A stretch of DNA of 21,706 nt from the NCBI GenBank assembly GCA_002104945.1, contig MCFH01000169.1, positions 1 through 21,706 on the forward strand, written 5' to 3'. Within the stretch, counting starts at the first letter, position 1; each line of letters begins with the position of its first letter. The DNA comes from Piromyces finnis finn (Eukaryota; Fungi; Neocallimastigomycota). The notes beneath the pieces are model-generated. The model ran no database searches. It was not told the origin of the DNA and saw only the letters and a list, made by a program, of their open reading frames with translations. Shown here in pieces: positions 21,386 to 21,706 of this stretch. A program made the translations under genes and the position numbers.

Positions 21386-21706
21386 ATATATTAAATTAAT
21401 AGCAGAGCTTATATTTTAATATGGTAATTATTGTATTATATATTAAATTAATAGCAGAGCTTATATTTTAATATGGTAATTATTGTATTATATATTAAAT
21501 TAATAGCAGAGCTTATATTTTAATATGGTAATTATTGTATTATATATTAAATTAATAGCAGAGCTTATATTTTAATATGGTAATTATTGTATTATATATT
21601 AAATTAATAGCAGAGCTTATATTTTAATATGGTAATTATTGTATTATATATTAAATTAATAGCAGAGCTTATTTTAATATGGTAATTATTGTATTATATT
21701 ATTAAA
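21386..21706. repeat. 52-bp minisatellite, at least 6 near-perfect copies, running off the window edge
   Basis: GCAGAG recurs at 21402, 21454, 21506, 21558, 21610 and 21662 (period 52). The last copy lacks 2 nt. Confidence 0.97.

Noticed and set aside
21386-21706. CRISPR-like array
   Set aside because: Units are identical head-to-tail with no unique spacers, and the context is eukaryotic; it is a minisatellite.

Overview
An extremely AT-rich eukaryotic window with no intact protein-coding gene. The composition, long (ATTTT)n/(ATT)n tracts and intron-less nuclear-type tRNAs fit an anaerobic gut fungus (Neocallimastigomycota), but that assignment is inference. The left third is a decayed Ty3/gypsy LTR retrotransposon on the minus strand (PBS, gag with CCHC knuckle, protease, RT, RNase H, no integrase), interrupted by a ~0.7 kb AT-rich insertion. 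A separate orphan integrase C-terminus, PPT and LTR sit at 14.4-15.1 kb. There are seven tRNA genes: two tight tandem pairs with 9-10 nt spacers (Ser(GCT)->Met(CAT), Glu(TTC)->Arg(TCT)), two identical Trp(CCA) and one Gly(TCC). The rest is built from at least three non-coding dispersed repeat families (called A, B, R here). Family R forms two inverted-repeat units with ~0.5 kb arms around ~1 kb cores. Both tRNA-Trp genes have the same (ATT)n tract plus ~31-nt motif about 660 bp upstream. The tRNA/inverted-repeat/dead-retroelement layout is a candidate centromeric or heterochromatin-boundary region (hypothesis only). All alignments and identities were done by eye.
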